From Aquifex aeolicus VF5 (GTDB lineage Bacteria > Aquificota > Aquificia > Aquificales > Aquificaceae): 32,000 nucleotides of DNA. The stretch covers positions 1,020,001 through 1,052,000 of the forward strand of contig NC_000918.1 in assembly GCF_000008625.1 (NCBI RefSeq). The letters are read 5' to 3'. A program made the position numbers and the translations under genes. This document shows, piece by piece, positions 18,433-26,799 of the stretch (positions are counted from its first letter, which is position 1; every line of letters starts with the position of its first letter). The notes beneath the pieces were generated by a model. It made no database searches and was not told the DNA's origin. It saw only the letters and a list, made by a program, of their open reading frames with translations.

Positions 18433-19127
18433 AACTTCGCCTCTTGATGAACATAATTGATGAAGTAACGAGAAAGTACAACGAACTACTACACAACTAC
18501 AAAGTTCTTTTGAAAGAAACGGAGTTCGAAGCTACCCACGATCCTCTCACAGGCTTGTTCAACAGAACCGCACTCCAGCAACTCTTTAAATACGAAAAGC
18601 AAAGGGCGGACGTTTTGGGAAAAAAGGTGGCCTTCCTGTTTATAGACCTTGACAACTTCAAGGAAGTTAACGATAGATACGGACACGCTGAGGGGGACAG
18701 GGTACTGAAGGATATAGCCCGCATAATAAGAGAAAGCATCAGGGGGACGGATATAGCGGTAAGGATAGGGGGAGACGAGTTTTTGATAATACTGCCCAAC
18801 AGCAACATAGAAACTGCAAAGAGGGTAGGGGAAAGGATAAAGAACGCAATAGAGGAGACCTTTAAGGATTACGGAATTTCTGCGAGTTACGGTATTTCTA
18901 TTTACCCCAATGAAGGTGAAACCTTAGAAGAACTCATTAACTTAGCTGACAGCAGAATGTATCAAATGAAGAGGGAAAAGAAGCTAAAGACCGGGCGGTA
19001 TCTTAAAGGGAACGTTCATAAGGGGATTTTCCTCCTCCTGCTTCACTATCATTGCGTAAACTCCGAAACAGTACTTTCCTACTTCAACAACTCTTCCAAC
19101 TCTTATACCTGCGTCCTCCAGAATTAA
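18417..19127 (+). CDS. GGDEF diguanylate cyclase
   Basis: HDPLTGLFNR, a canonical RIGGDEFLIILP active site and ADSRMYQMK. The start overlaps the FIST ORF end. The last ~45 codons have no domain and run antisense into the methyltransferase gene. Confidence 0.85.
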   Translation: MREDVKLRLLMNIIDEVTRKYNELLHNYKVLLKETEFEATHDPLTGLFNRTALQQLFKYEKQRADVLGKKVAFLFIDLDNFKEVNDRYGHAEGDRVLKDIARIIRESIRGTDIAVRIGGDEFLIILPNSNIETAKRVGERIKNAIEETFKDYGISASYGISIYPNEGETLEELINLADSRMYQMKREKKLKTGRYLKGNVHKGIFLLLLHYHCVNSETVLSYFNNSSNSYTCVLQN

Positions 19128-19616
19128 TCCAACTTCCCATTCGGAGTAAACTTCTTCCGGCGGGGGTCCTTTGTCCCTCTCCTCCTTCTTCCAGTCTATA
19201 ATGGCAAGGTAGGCAAAGGGCTTTGCCACTCTCTTCAACTCTTCTAAGAACTTAAGTGGTTCGGAAAGCTCGTGAAAGGTAAAAGCCATGAATATAAAGT
19301 CGACTGTGTTATCAGGAAGGGGTATTTTATTCTCTTCAGACTTGAGGACTTCCACGTTTTTCAGACCGAGTTTATTTACCTTTTCCCATGCGTAATTTAC
19401 CATTTCCTCCTGAACGTCTATGGCGTAGACCTTTCCCTTTTCTCCTACCATCTTAGAAAGGTAAGGGAGGTAAAATCCCGCTCCCGTTCCTACGTCAAGG
19501 ACAGTCATACCTTCCTTCAGTCCGAACTCTTTTAAAACTTTCTCGGGGTCAAAGAGTTCTAAACGGGAAGGGTCATCTAGCTTCTTTATTTTTGAAGGGT
19601 CAAACTTGTGTGCCAT
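18984..19616 (-). CDS. class I SAM-dependent methyltransferase
   Basis: Motif I VLDVGTGAGFY, followed by VYAIDV and DFIFMAFTFHE. 210 aa. Confidence 0.8.
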   Translation of the reverse strand: MAHKFDPSKIKKLDDPSRLELFDPEKVLKEFGLKEGMTVLDVGTGAGFYLPYLSKMVGEKGKVYAIDVQEEMVNYAWEKVNKLGLKNVEVLKSEENKIPLPDNTVDFIFMAFTFHELSEPLKFLEELKRVAKPFAYLAIIDWKKEERDKGPPPEEVYSEWEVGLILEDAGIRVGRVVEVGKYCFGVYAMIVKQEEENPLMNVPFKIPPGL

Positions 19617-19632
19617 GATATTATTCTACTTT

Positions 19633-20666
19633 ATGCAAACTCCCCTTTACTATGTCCATAAACACCTGAAGGCAAAGTTCACGAACTTCGCAGGCTGGAC
19701 AATGCCACTCCAGTACACCTCAATAATAGAAGAAGTAAGGGCTGTAAGGGAAGAGCCGGAGTGTTTGACATCTCCCACATGGGCAGACTACTAATAGAAG
19801 ACCCTGAGAAAAAACTCCAGTACTTTACCACCAATAACTTGGATAAACTGAGCGTGGGAAAGGTTCAGTATAACCTCCTTCCAAACGAAAAGGGAGGAAT
19901 AAAGGACGACGTCACCGTTTATATGCTCTCAGAAATTGAGTTCTTTCTCTGCGTGAACGCCGCAAATAGACAGAAGGTAATAAATTGGCTCTCTCCTCAC
20001 TTAAAGTTAAGGGATTTATCTGGTGAACTTGTCCAGATAGCCCTTCAGGGCCCGAAAAGCGAGGAAATAATTTCTAAGTTTTATCCGGTCTCCGATTTAA
20101 AATACTACAGGTTCAAGGTTTTTGATAAAACCATTATTTCAAGAACCGGTTACACGGGTGAAGATGGATTTGAGATATACGTCTCTCCCGAAGAGGGAAA
20201 GGAGTTATTTTTAGAACTCGTAAAACTCGCAAAGCCCTGCGGACTCGGAGCGAGGGACGTTCTCAGAATAGAAGCGGGACTCCCACTTTACGGAAATGAG
20301 CTCTCCGAAGAAATAACGCCGATAGAGGTAAACCTTGAGAAGTTCGTGGACTTCTCAAAAGAATTCATAGGAAAGGAAGCGATGCTGAAAAAGAAAGTAA
20401 AGAAAAAGCTCTTTGGTCTGGAGCTGACGGAAAAAGGAATACCGAGGAAAGGCTACAGAGTGTTTAAAGGAGATAGAGAAATAGGCTGGATTTCGAGCGG
20501 TACTTACTCTCCGACGCTTAACAAAGGCATAGCCCTCTGCTTTGTTGATATTGAAGAGAGGAAAGAAGGCAACGAAGTGGAAATCGAGGTAAGGGGCAGG
20601 AGAGTTAGAGGGGTATTGAGAAAGTATCCCTTCGTGAGGACACCAGCGGGAAGGTATCAGAAATGA
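19633..20666 (+). pseudogene. gcvT: glycine cleavage system T protein (aminomethyltransferase) with an apparent 1-nt deletion
   Basis: MQTPLYYVHKHLKAKFTNFAGWTMPLQY...AVRE is in frame 1. The conserved continuation AGVFDISHMGRL is in frame 0. One purine appears to be missing in gggaagagccgg at about 19753-19755. The rest of GcvT is intact to the stop at 20664-20666. Confidence 0.75.
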
Positions 20667-20880
20667 GCAAAGGTAATTAAATCTGATACACTTCCCGCAA
20701 AGTGTCCTTCGCTGTCCCCTTTTGGGGAACAGGATTTACTACCCGCTATCTCCCAAAGAACCGGGAGACTCGCAGGATACCTGAATAAATTTACCTTCAC
20801 AGGTCTTGACAATTTGTCTAACCAGTTCCTTAAACTCAAAAACTCTTCCCTTACTTTCTTACCTAACGCTTTTATCGCTA
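20640..20880 (-). ncRNA. candidate omega RNA (reRNA) overlapping the tnpB 3' end
   Basis: Placed by analogy with characterised TnpB systems. Three consecutive hairpins are visible at 20749-20768 (tctccc/gggaga), 20712-20732 (ctgtcccc/gggga-cag) and 20646-20698. There is no covariation or expression evidence. Confidence 0.3.
20646..20698. repeat. imperfect inverted repeat / hairpin at the tnpB 3' end (candidate element right-end structure)
   Basis: gcgggaaggtatcag (20646-20660) pairs with ctgatacacttcccgc (20683-20698) as 8 bp + 6 bp stems with a small internal loop. The 22-nt loop contains the gcvT TGA. Confidence 0.6.
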
Positions 20881-22096
20881 AATTTAGTGCTCCGTTCAAA
20901 TCCGCATTAAATACCTTTTTTAGTCTTCGGTCTCTAAAAAGACCTCTCTTTATCCTTCTTCCTTCAAACTTCAGCTTCTTAACTTCTCCTTCAGGTATTT
21001 CTTCCTTCAAAACTTCTATGTTCCCGCTTACCGACGAAACCTTTGAAGTCCAGCTCTCGTCTTCTTTTACCACTTCTATACCACAAAGCTCACACTTGTA
21101 CTCTATCATTTTCACAAGCTCTCCAAGTGGTATAAACCTGAACTCCTGATTGAACCTCGCTCCCTTTTCGCTATCCTTTTGATATTCTTCGTTCAAAGAA
21201 TTCGGAATTATTACTCTCCCTATCCCTCTCTCAAGGCAAACTCTCACTATCAGGTTTGCCACCTGATGGAAAAATCCCTTTATCCTCTTTTTCCTGTATC
21301 TCCACAGTTTTCTTTCAAGTCTTTCTTTTCCCTCACTCCTTAGTTTCGCACTTAGTTTGTTTACCCACTGGTTGAACGACTTTAATGGATTTCCGTCAAC
21401 TATAAAACTTCTTAAATTTTCGTCATTTGAAATGCAGGAAACGAGGTTTCTTACTCCTAAGTCTATACTCAACCACTTTTCCTTTAGGAGTTCCTTTTGA
21501 GCTTTCGGAACTTCGTAGCTTATCCTGAATATAACCTCTGTATCTTCGTACCAAGTTATCTTTACATCTCGGATATTTATCCCCTGAGGAATTTTCACCT
21601 TTACAGCTCCGAAAGAAATTCCGAGTCTAACCACTATGGAGTTTTCCCTTCTTCTCTTTAGTTTTCTTTTGTCCACTAACATATTGGGATTTGTAGGAAC
21701 TGTGAATTTATGAACCTTCTTGAGTTTTCTTGGTCTCGGGAGGAAAGCTCTTTCTCCCTTCTTCCATTTTTCAAGGACGCTTTTTACTTCTTTTGAAACC
21801 TGACGAGCGAGAGCTTTTACCGTATCTGAACCTATCTCTTTTTCCCAGAGTTCTTTTAGCTTTTCCCTGTAGCTTTTAATTTTCTCGTTTTCAAAAGGTA
21901 GGTTTTCCTTTCCCTTTACGAACTTCTCAAGGAAAGAAACACTCAGGAAAGGTTTTACGTCTTTCGTGTTTTTATAGTATTCAAGCAAGCAAAGGTATAG
22001 AAGGTTTTTGAATTGTTGAAAGGTTAGGCTCGCTCTTTTGAGTTTATTTAGAACGCTTCTCTTTGTAGTTGATATTTCAAGTGTCAGAGTTTGCAT
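20657..22096 (-). CDS. tnpB: IS200/IS605-family accessory protein TnpB (OrfB, RuvC-like RNA-guided nuclease family)
   Basis: Start at ATG 22096 (MQTLTLEIS...). RuvC-I SID(212)LGVRN, RuvC-II EDE(347)SWTSK and RuvC-III FNAD(399)LNGALN are present. The canonical zinc-finger CxxC...CxxC positions read VSSVSG...FRDRRLKK, with no Cys. 479 aa. Confidence 0.85.
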   Translation of the reverse strand: MQTLTLEISTTKRSVLNKLKRASLTFQQFKNLLYLCLLEYYKNTKDVKPFLSVSFLEKFVKGKENLPFENEKIKSYREKLKELWEKEIGSDTVKALARQVSKEVKSVLEKWKKGERAFLPRPRKLKKVHKFTVPTNPNMLVDKRKLKRRRENSIVVRLGISFGAVKVKIPQGINIRDVKITWYEDTEVIFRISYEVPKAQKELLKEKWLSIDLGVRNLVSCISNDENLRSFIVDGNPLKSFNQWVNKLSAKLRSEGKERLERKLWRYRKKRIKGFFHQVANLIVRVCLERGIGRVIIPNSLNEEYQKDSEKGARFNQEFRFIPLGELVKMIEYKCELCGIEVVKEDESWTSKVSSVSGNIEVLKEEIPEGEVKKLKFEGRRIKRGLFRDRRLKKVFNADLNGALNLAIKALGKKVREEFLSLRNWLDKLSRPVKVNLFRYPASLPVLWEIAGSKSCSPKGDSEGHFAGSVSDLITFAHF

Positions 22097-22160
22097 CCTT
22101 CGATATACCTGATATATTTTGATAACGAAATTGTCAACTGTTGTGGAGGAGGAAGAAGTA

Positions 22161-23009
22161 ATGGAACTTCTCCTGTTTATCTGGGGAATAGTGGTGGGCA
22201 CAGTATTCTCAACGGTGGGAGCTGCAGGTGGGATACTCGCGGGCTTCGGGCACATATCCCTTTTTGGCATAAACGTAGCAAACTCAGTCAAAGTCATGAA
22301 CCAGATACTCGTGATAATATCCACACTCATTTCCGTTCCCACATACTGGAAACAGGGAAGGTTAATCTTTATTCTCGGAGGACTGCTCGGTATCGGTAGT
22401 GTCATAGGAGCTATCGTCGGTTCTACACTCTCCTACACCTACCTTTCGGGTTTAAAAGCCTACAAATTCCTTTTTGGTATTTTTACGCTAATAGTAGCCT
22501 TTAAAGTTTTCCACGACGTGTTTGTAAAGGAAAGAGAAAGAGTAAAGAGCATAGACAAAGATTTGAAGGAAGGCAAGGAAAGAAGGGTAAAGGTGCTAAA
22601 GAGAAGCATGAAAGAAGTAGAGTTTTCCTTTCTCGGGAAGAAATACTCTTTCAATCCAATTCTCCCCGTTCTGGCCGGCTTTGTGGTTGCGGTTATATCC
22701 TCCGCCCTAGGCGTAGGAGGGGGCTTCCTACTAGTTCCCTTTATGGTTTCCGTTCTGAAAGTTCCCATGTACCTTGTTCCGGGAACGAGTGCTTTTGCAG
22801 TTTTAATAACGACTACGATCAGTATGCTCAACTACATAAAGCTCGGGGCTGTGGTTTACTGGAAGGTAATCTTTGCGGAAGCACTCGGGGTTATAGTGGG
22901 CTCTTTCATAGGCCCCCACATTTCCCACATTCTGGGCGAAAGGAGGCTCAGACTTTTACTCGGCTTCATACTCCTCGGTATAGGACTTAAGTATATCTTT
23001 ATAAGATGA
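22161..23009 (+). CDS. TauE/SafE (DUF81) family anion permease
   Basis: ATG 22161 is preceded by GGAGGAGG at 22146-22153. The sequence MELLLFIWGIVVGTVFSTVGAAGGILAGFG and a second VGGGFLLVPFM repeat are typical of the two-fold TauE topology. Confidence 0.8.
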   Translation: MELLLFIWGIVVGTVFSTVGAAGGILAGFGHISLFGINVANSVKVMNQILVIISTLISVPTYWKQGRLIFILGGLLGIGSVIGAIVGSTLSYTYLSGLKAYKFLFGIFTLIVAFKVFHDVFVKERERVKSIDKDLKEGKERRVKVLKRSMKEVEFSFLGKKYSFNPILPVLAGFVVAVISSALGVGGGFLLVPFMVSVLKVPMYLVPGTSAFAVLITTTISMLNYIKLGAVVYWKVIFAEALGVIVGSFIGPHISHILGERRLRLLLGFILLGIGLKYIFIR

Positions 23010-23755
23010 TGGAAGTGAGGATAAATAAGTTCTTATCGGAAGCGGGAGTAGCGTCGCGCAGAAAAGCGGAAAAACTAATTCTGGAGGGCAGAGTAAAGGT
23101 AAACGGAGAAGTCGTAAGGAGCTTGGGAGTAAAAGTAAACCCAGAAGTGGACATAGTTGAAGTGGACGGAAAACCCGTAAAGCCCCAGAGAAAACGGTAC
23201 ATAATCCTGAACAAGCCCTGTTGCTATTTGACTCAGCTCGGAAGGTCCCCTGACGGGAGGAAGACTATTGAAGAGCTTATAAAGGACATACCCGAGAGGG
23301 TATTTCCTGTGGGAAGGCTTGATTACAACACTGAAGGGCTTTTGATACTAACCAACGACGGAGAGCTCGCAAACAGGATACTCCACCCGAGGTACAAACT
23401 GCCGAAGGTTTACCTCGCACTCGTTGAAGGGAAAGTAGACCAGAAAACTTTAAAGAGGATGAAGCAGGGAATAGAACTGGAGGATGGCTTTGCAAAACCC
23501 GACAACATAAGGATAGTACGCTACGAAGGGAAAAACACACTCCTTGAGATAACATTCCACGAAGGGAGGAAGCACTTAGTTAAGAGGTTTTTAGGAGCTT
23601 TCGGACATAAGGTAAAGCGTTTAAAGAGGATAGCTATCGGACCAATAAAACTCGGTAAGCTCTCTCCGGGCAAGTGGAGGGAACTTAATCAGGGGGAACT
23701 TGCCCAGCTCTTTAAAGCGGTGGGACTGAAGTACGTTCCGAGGAAGAGGAGATGA
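23006..23755 (+). CDS. pseudouridine synthase, RsuA/RluB family (S4 domain + catalytic domain)
   Basis: S4-like RINKFLSEAGVASRRKAEKLILEGRVKVNG. The catalytic Asp lies in GRLDYNTEGLLILTNDG. The start overlaps the TauE stop. Confidence 0.85.
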   Translation: MMEVRINKFLSEAGVASRRKAEKLILEGRVKVNGEVVRSLGVKVNPEVDIVEVDGKPVKPQRKRYIILNKPCCYLTQLGRSPDGRKTIEELIKDIPERVFPVGRLDYNTEGLLILTNDGELANRILHPRYKLPKVYLALVEGKVDQKTLKRMKQGIELEDGFAKPDNIRIVRYEGKNTLLEITFHEGRKHLVKRFLGAFGHKVKRLKRIAIGPIKLGKLSPGKWRELNQGELAQLFKAVGLKYVPRKRR

Positions 23756-24144
23756 TAAACAGGAAAGTTGTTTACGCACTTTCCGCCCTTTTGCTCTTCG
23801 TGTATTCCTATGCCTTTATAAGCGACTTTTCGGAATTTAAAAACTTCCTGAACATCCAGTACTTAAAGTTCAAGGAATTTCTATTCCTCCTGAACAACGC
23901 AGAGGAAAAAAGAAGGGGAACCCTAAACGAAGATGTTTTAAGGCAGTTGACCGAGAATTTAGAACTCGTGAGTATAAGGTACGAGTATGGGAAGTACGAG
24001 GTGAAGCTGAGAAAAGTAAACGCAGTAGAACTGGTAAGTTTATTAAAAGAACTTGAGAATTACGGTAAGGTTGAGAAACTGGAGGCTGTTGACAACACGG
24101 GAAGGGGGATTTTTGACGTAAAGTTCATCGTTTCTCCTTTATAA
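23752..24144 (+). CDS. hypothetical membrane-anchored protein
   Basis: ATGA overlap with the upstream stop. One N-terminal TM helix ([18 protein letters not shown]). No motif recognised. Confidence 0.4.
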
Positions 24145-24505
24145 CTGTAACGTTTACGTAGTACGGGTTTACCGCAACTGGTTGTATAAAGTAAGGCAGG
24201 GGAGAAACCACATCAACCCTTACCCTGTGAGTGCCTTCCTTCAGCTCGAAAACGTAAATTATCGCTCTTACTCTTTCAAGTAGTTTTGATTCTAGAAATC
24301 TTCTGGAAACGATAAGCGTAATGTCAACCGTTTGGGGCTCTACCCTGTAAACGTAACCTTCCCTCTTTCCCTGAATTTCTACAAACCTTACTATATCAAG
24401 GGGTAGTCTCTCTCCGAAGTTGACGACAAACCATATACTCAGGCTCAGAATCAGAGCTACAAGAACGTGTACTAAGTTTTCCTTACGAGCCATGTTTAAC
24501 CCCAA
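24125..24505 (-). CDS. CdaR/YbbR-like protein (assigned by position downstream of cdaA)
   Basis: N-terminal TM helix followed by a beta-rich ~90-aa domain. The start overlaps the cdaA end. The cdaA-cdaR arrangement is common. Domain identity is not verified. Confidence 0.45.
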
Positions 24506-25253
24506 GGAGTTCCATTAATTTGTCCTTTAAAAGCTCGTGATCCAGAATTTTTTCAATATTCCCTTCAACCGCCACGGATATTTCTCCGGTTTCTTCCGAG
24601 ACCACTATCGCCACGGCGTCACTCATCTCGGTAATCCCCACCGCTGCCCTGTGTCTCGTCCCGTACTTTTTGGGGAGCTCCGGGTTTTTGGATAGAGGCA
24701 AAACGCAGGAGGCAAAGGCTATCCTGTCGTCCCTTATAACAACAGCACCGTCGTGAAGGGGAGTGAGGGGGTAGAAAATCGTTATTATGAGTTCAGCAGT
24801 TATGTAAGCGTCTAGGTATATACAACCTTCTATTAAATCCTCTATGTTCTGCTGTCTCTCTATTACTATTAAAGCACCTATCTGTCTTTCCGCCATAAAC
24901 CTGCACGCTCTTACTATCCTGTCTATTGAACGCTCTTCGTACTCTTTTAGTTTTATTACCTTTGTCCTTTTTCCTATGTTTGCAAGTGTCCTCCTTATCT
25001 CGGGCTGGAATATGACTATGAGTGTAAAGAGGATAAGTGTCCAGAGTTTTTCAAACATCCAGGAGAGTGTCGTTAAGCTGAGTACTTCAGCAAAGAGCCA
25101 GAGTATACCCAAGTAAATCAGAAGCCTGAGAATGTAGAGTCCCTTAGCTATGTAAAGAAACCTTATAAACAGGTAGAAAAATAGGAATAAACCGAATATG
25201 TCTAAGATATCTCTCCAAGAAAAGAACTCTTTTAAAAACTCAAGAAACGTCAT
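24483..25253 (-). CDS. cdaA: diadenylate cyclase CdaA (c-di-AMP synthase)
   Basis: Three N-terminal TM helices, then a DAC domain with the LHDGAVVI and [12 protein letters not shown] motifs. Confidence 0.9.
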
Positions 25254-26439
25254 ACGTCCTCACAGCGTCAAGCAGAGCTAAAAATTCCCTCGTTTCCTTA
25301 ACGTCGTGAACCCTTACTATGCTAGCACCTCCCAGAACCGCGGGAGCAAGAGCTCCGAGACTTCCAAATAGCCTTTCCTTTGGCTCCGTCTTCCTGTTTA
25401 AGAACCCTTCTAAAATCAATCCTATAAAAGACTTTCTCGATACTCCAACCATGAGTATTTTTCCGAAAATTTTAAATTCGTGAAAGCGCTTGAGTATTTC
25501 AACGTTGTGCTCGGGCAGTTTGCCGAAGCCTATGCCTGGATCAAGAATAATTTTTTCCTCTTCTCTAAAACCTAACTCCTTTAATTTATTTATCTGATTT
25601 TTAAAAAATTGTGAAATTTCTTCCACCACGTCCTCGTAAATTATGGGCTCTTCCTTCCACGTTTCGGGTCTTCCCTTCATGTGGTTTATAACGTAAGGGC
25701 ACCTGTACTCTGTAACAACTTTCAGTATTTCCGGGTCAAACGTCCCACCGCTCACATCGTTTATTATGTCCGCTCCCTCGTCAAGGCAAGCCTTTGCAAC
25801 CTCCGCCTTGTAAGTGTCCACGGAAATCCATGTGTCAGGAAGTTCTCTTCTCACTTCCTTTAAAGCGGGTAAAACTCTATTTAGTTCTTCCTCAGCACTT
25901 ATCCTTTTTGAGCCCGGTCTCGTGCTCTCTCCCCCTATGTCTATAATCTCCGCTCCCTCCTGTGCCATCTTTACAGCCCTTTCAACCGCTTTCTTTGGTT
26001 CTAAGAACTCTCCTCCGTCGGAAAAGCTGTCAGGCGTAACGTTTAAAACTCCCATTATCGCGGTTTTTAGCCCCAGCGGAAGTATTTTCTGATTGTAATT
26101 TAATTGAAAGTACTTTTTTCTGTACCTTATAAAACTCTCAAGTATTTCCTGAGCGAGCTTCTTAGCCTCAGGGTATTTTACGAGTTCCGAACAAAAGTCC
26201 TTTAGCTTCGCTTCACTTCCGCAAACTACGGTTCTTCCGTCCTTGTGAAAAATGGAAACACAACTCTTCCTTGCAGATTCAAATAAGGCATTCGGAGGAA
26301 TAGAGGGATCGGAAAAGTAAACGCAGTGAAAAATACCCTCAAAAGCCCTCTGCTCAGCCTCTCTAAAAAATACGCCGATTTTCTCTTTCAGAAATTTGTA
26401 AAAGAGGTCCTTATCCTCAAAGTGTTTGATTAGAAGCAT
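25240..26439 (-). CDS. folP: dihydropteroate synthase with ~120-aa N-terminal extension
   Basis: The DHPS core starts near residue 125 (IMGVLNVTPDSFSDGG, IIDIGGESTRPG, DPGIGFGK). Residues 1-120 match no motif I recognise. Confidence 0.9.
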   Translation of the reverse strand: MLLIKHFEDKDLFYKFLKEKIGVFFREAEQRAFEGIFHCVYFSDPSIPPNALFESARKSCVSIFHKDGRTVVCGSEAKLKDFCSELVKYPEAKKLAQEILESFIRYRKKYFQLNYNQKILPLGLKTAIMGVLNVTPDSFSDGGEFLEPKKAVERAVKMAQEGAEIIDIGGESTRPGSKRISAEEELNRVLPALKEVRRELPDTWISVDTYKAEVAKACLDEGADIINDVSGGTFDPEILKVVTEYRCPYVINHMKGRPETWKEEPIIYEDVVEEISQFFKNQINKLKELGFREEEKIILDPGIGFGKLPEHNVEILKRFHEFKIFGKILMVGVSRKSFIGLILEGFLNRKTEPKERLFGSLGALAPAVLGGASIVRVHDVKETREFLALLDAVRTYDVS

Positions 26440-26463
26440 TTAAAAGAATATTTTAAAGGAAAA

Positions 26464-26673
26464 TCAGCAGGTGCACTCTTTCACCCCCAGAGCTCTGTAC
26501 AGGCTGACTACGGGACACCAGTTAGTGAAGGCCGACTGTATTTGATTTATTGACATAAACACTATAAACGCCTTCCAAAACCAGTGCACATCCTGAGCTG
26601 GCAGTATTCCGAATAAGAACACTATAAGCAGTACTACACCAGAAGTGAGTCTGAGGAGTCTGTCCATAGTCAT
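26464..26673 (-). CDS. DUF2892 (YgaP-like) small membrane protein
   Basis: 69 aa with two hydrophobic helices and the characteristic QSAFTNWCP motif. A strong AAGGAGG Shine-Dalgarno lies upstream. Confidence 0.7.
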   Translation of the reverse strand: MTMDRLLRLTSGVVLLIVFLFGILPAQDVHWFWKAFIVFMSINQIQSAFTNWCPVVSLYRALGVKECTC

Positions 26674-26799
26674 GTCCGTACCTCCTTATAAGTTTTTAAG
26701 GATATAAGAATATTCTAATATTTTGAATTTAGCTCCGGAAAGGAGTTTTTCAAGAGGGATTAGAAGGGATTACAAAACCAAGGAAAAAATATCTGATAA

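Larger units (their letters stand above)
20646..22160 (-). mobile_element. tnpA-less IS605/IS1341-type element (boundaries approximate)
   Basis: tnpB plus its flanks occupy the whole interval between the gcvT stop (20666) and the TauE start (22161). No Y1 transposase ORF is present. Exact LE/RE ends cannot be set from one copy. Confidence 0.5.

Noticed and set aside
19606-19632. GTG start nine codons upstream of gcvT
   Set aside because: The GcvT family starts close to the (M)xTPLY motif. ATG 19633 gives MQTPLYY, while the extension overlaps the divergent methyltransferase start.
20806-22137. TTGACAATTT(c)GT shared in inverted orientation at 20806-20821 (plus) and 22137-22117 (minus) as possible terminal inverted repeats
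   Set aside because: IS200/IS605 elements do not have terminal inverted repeats, and one copy lies well inside the tnpB coding region. The 10-12-nt match is A/T-rich and contains a generic -35-like hexamer. It more likely reflects promoter-like sequence or chance.
22097-22405. 103-codon N-terminal extension of the tnpB ORF in the six-frame track (582 aa total)
   Set aside because: It runs antisense through the well-supported TauE gene, is low-complexity (SSSSTT, PPAAP) and has no TnpB similarity. ATG 22096 (MQTLTLEIS) gives a sensible TnpB N-terminus.
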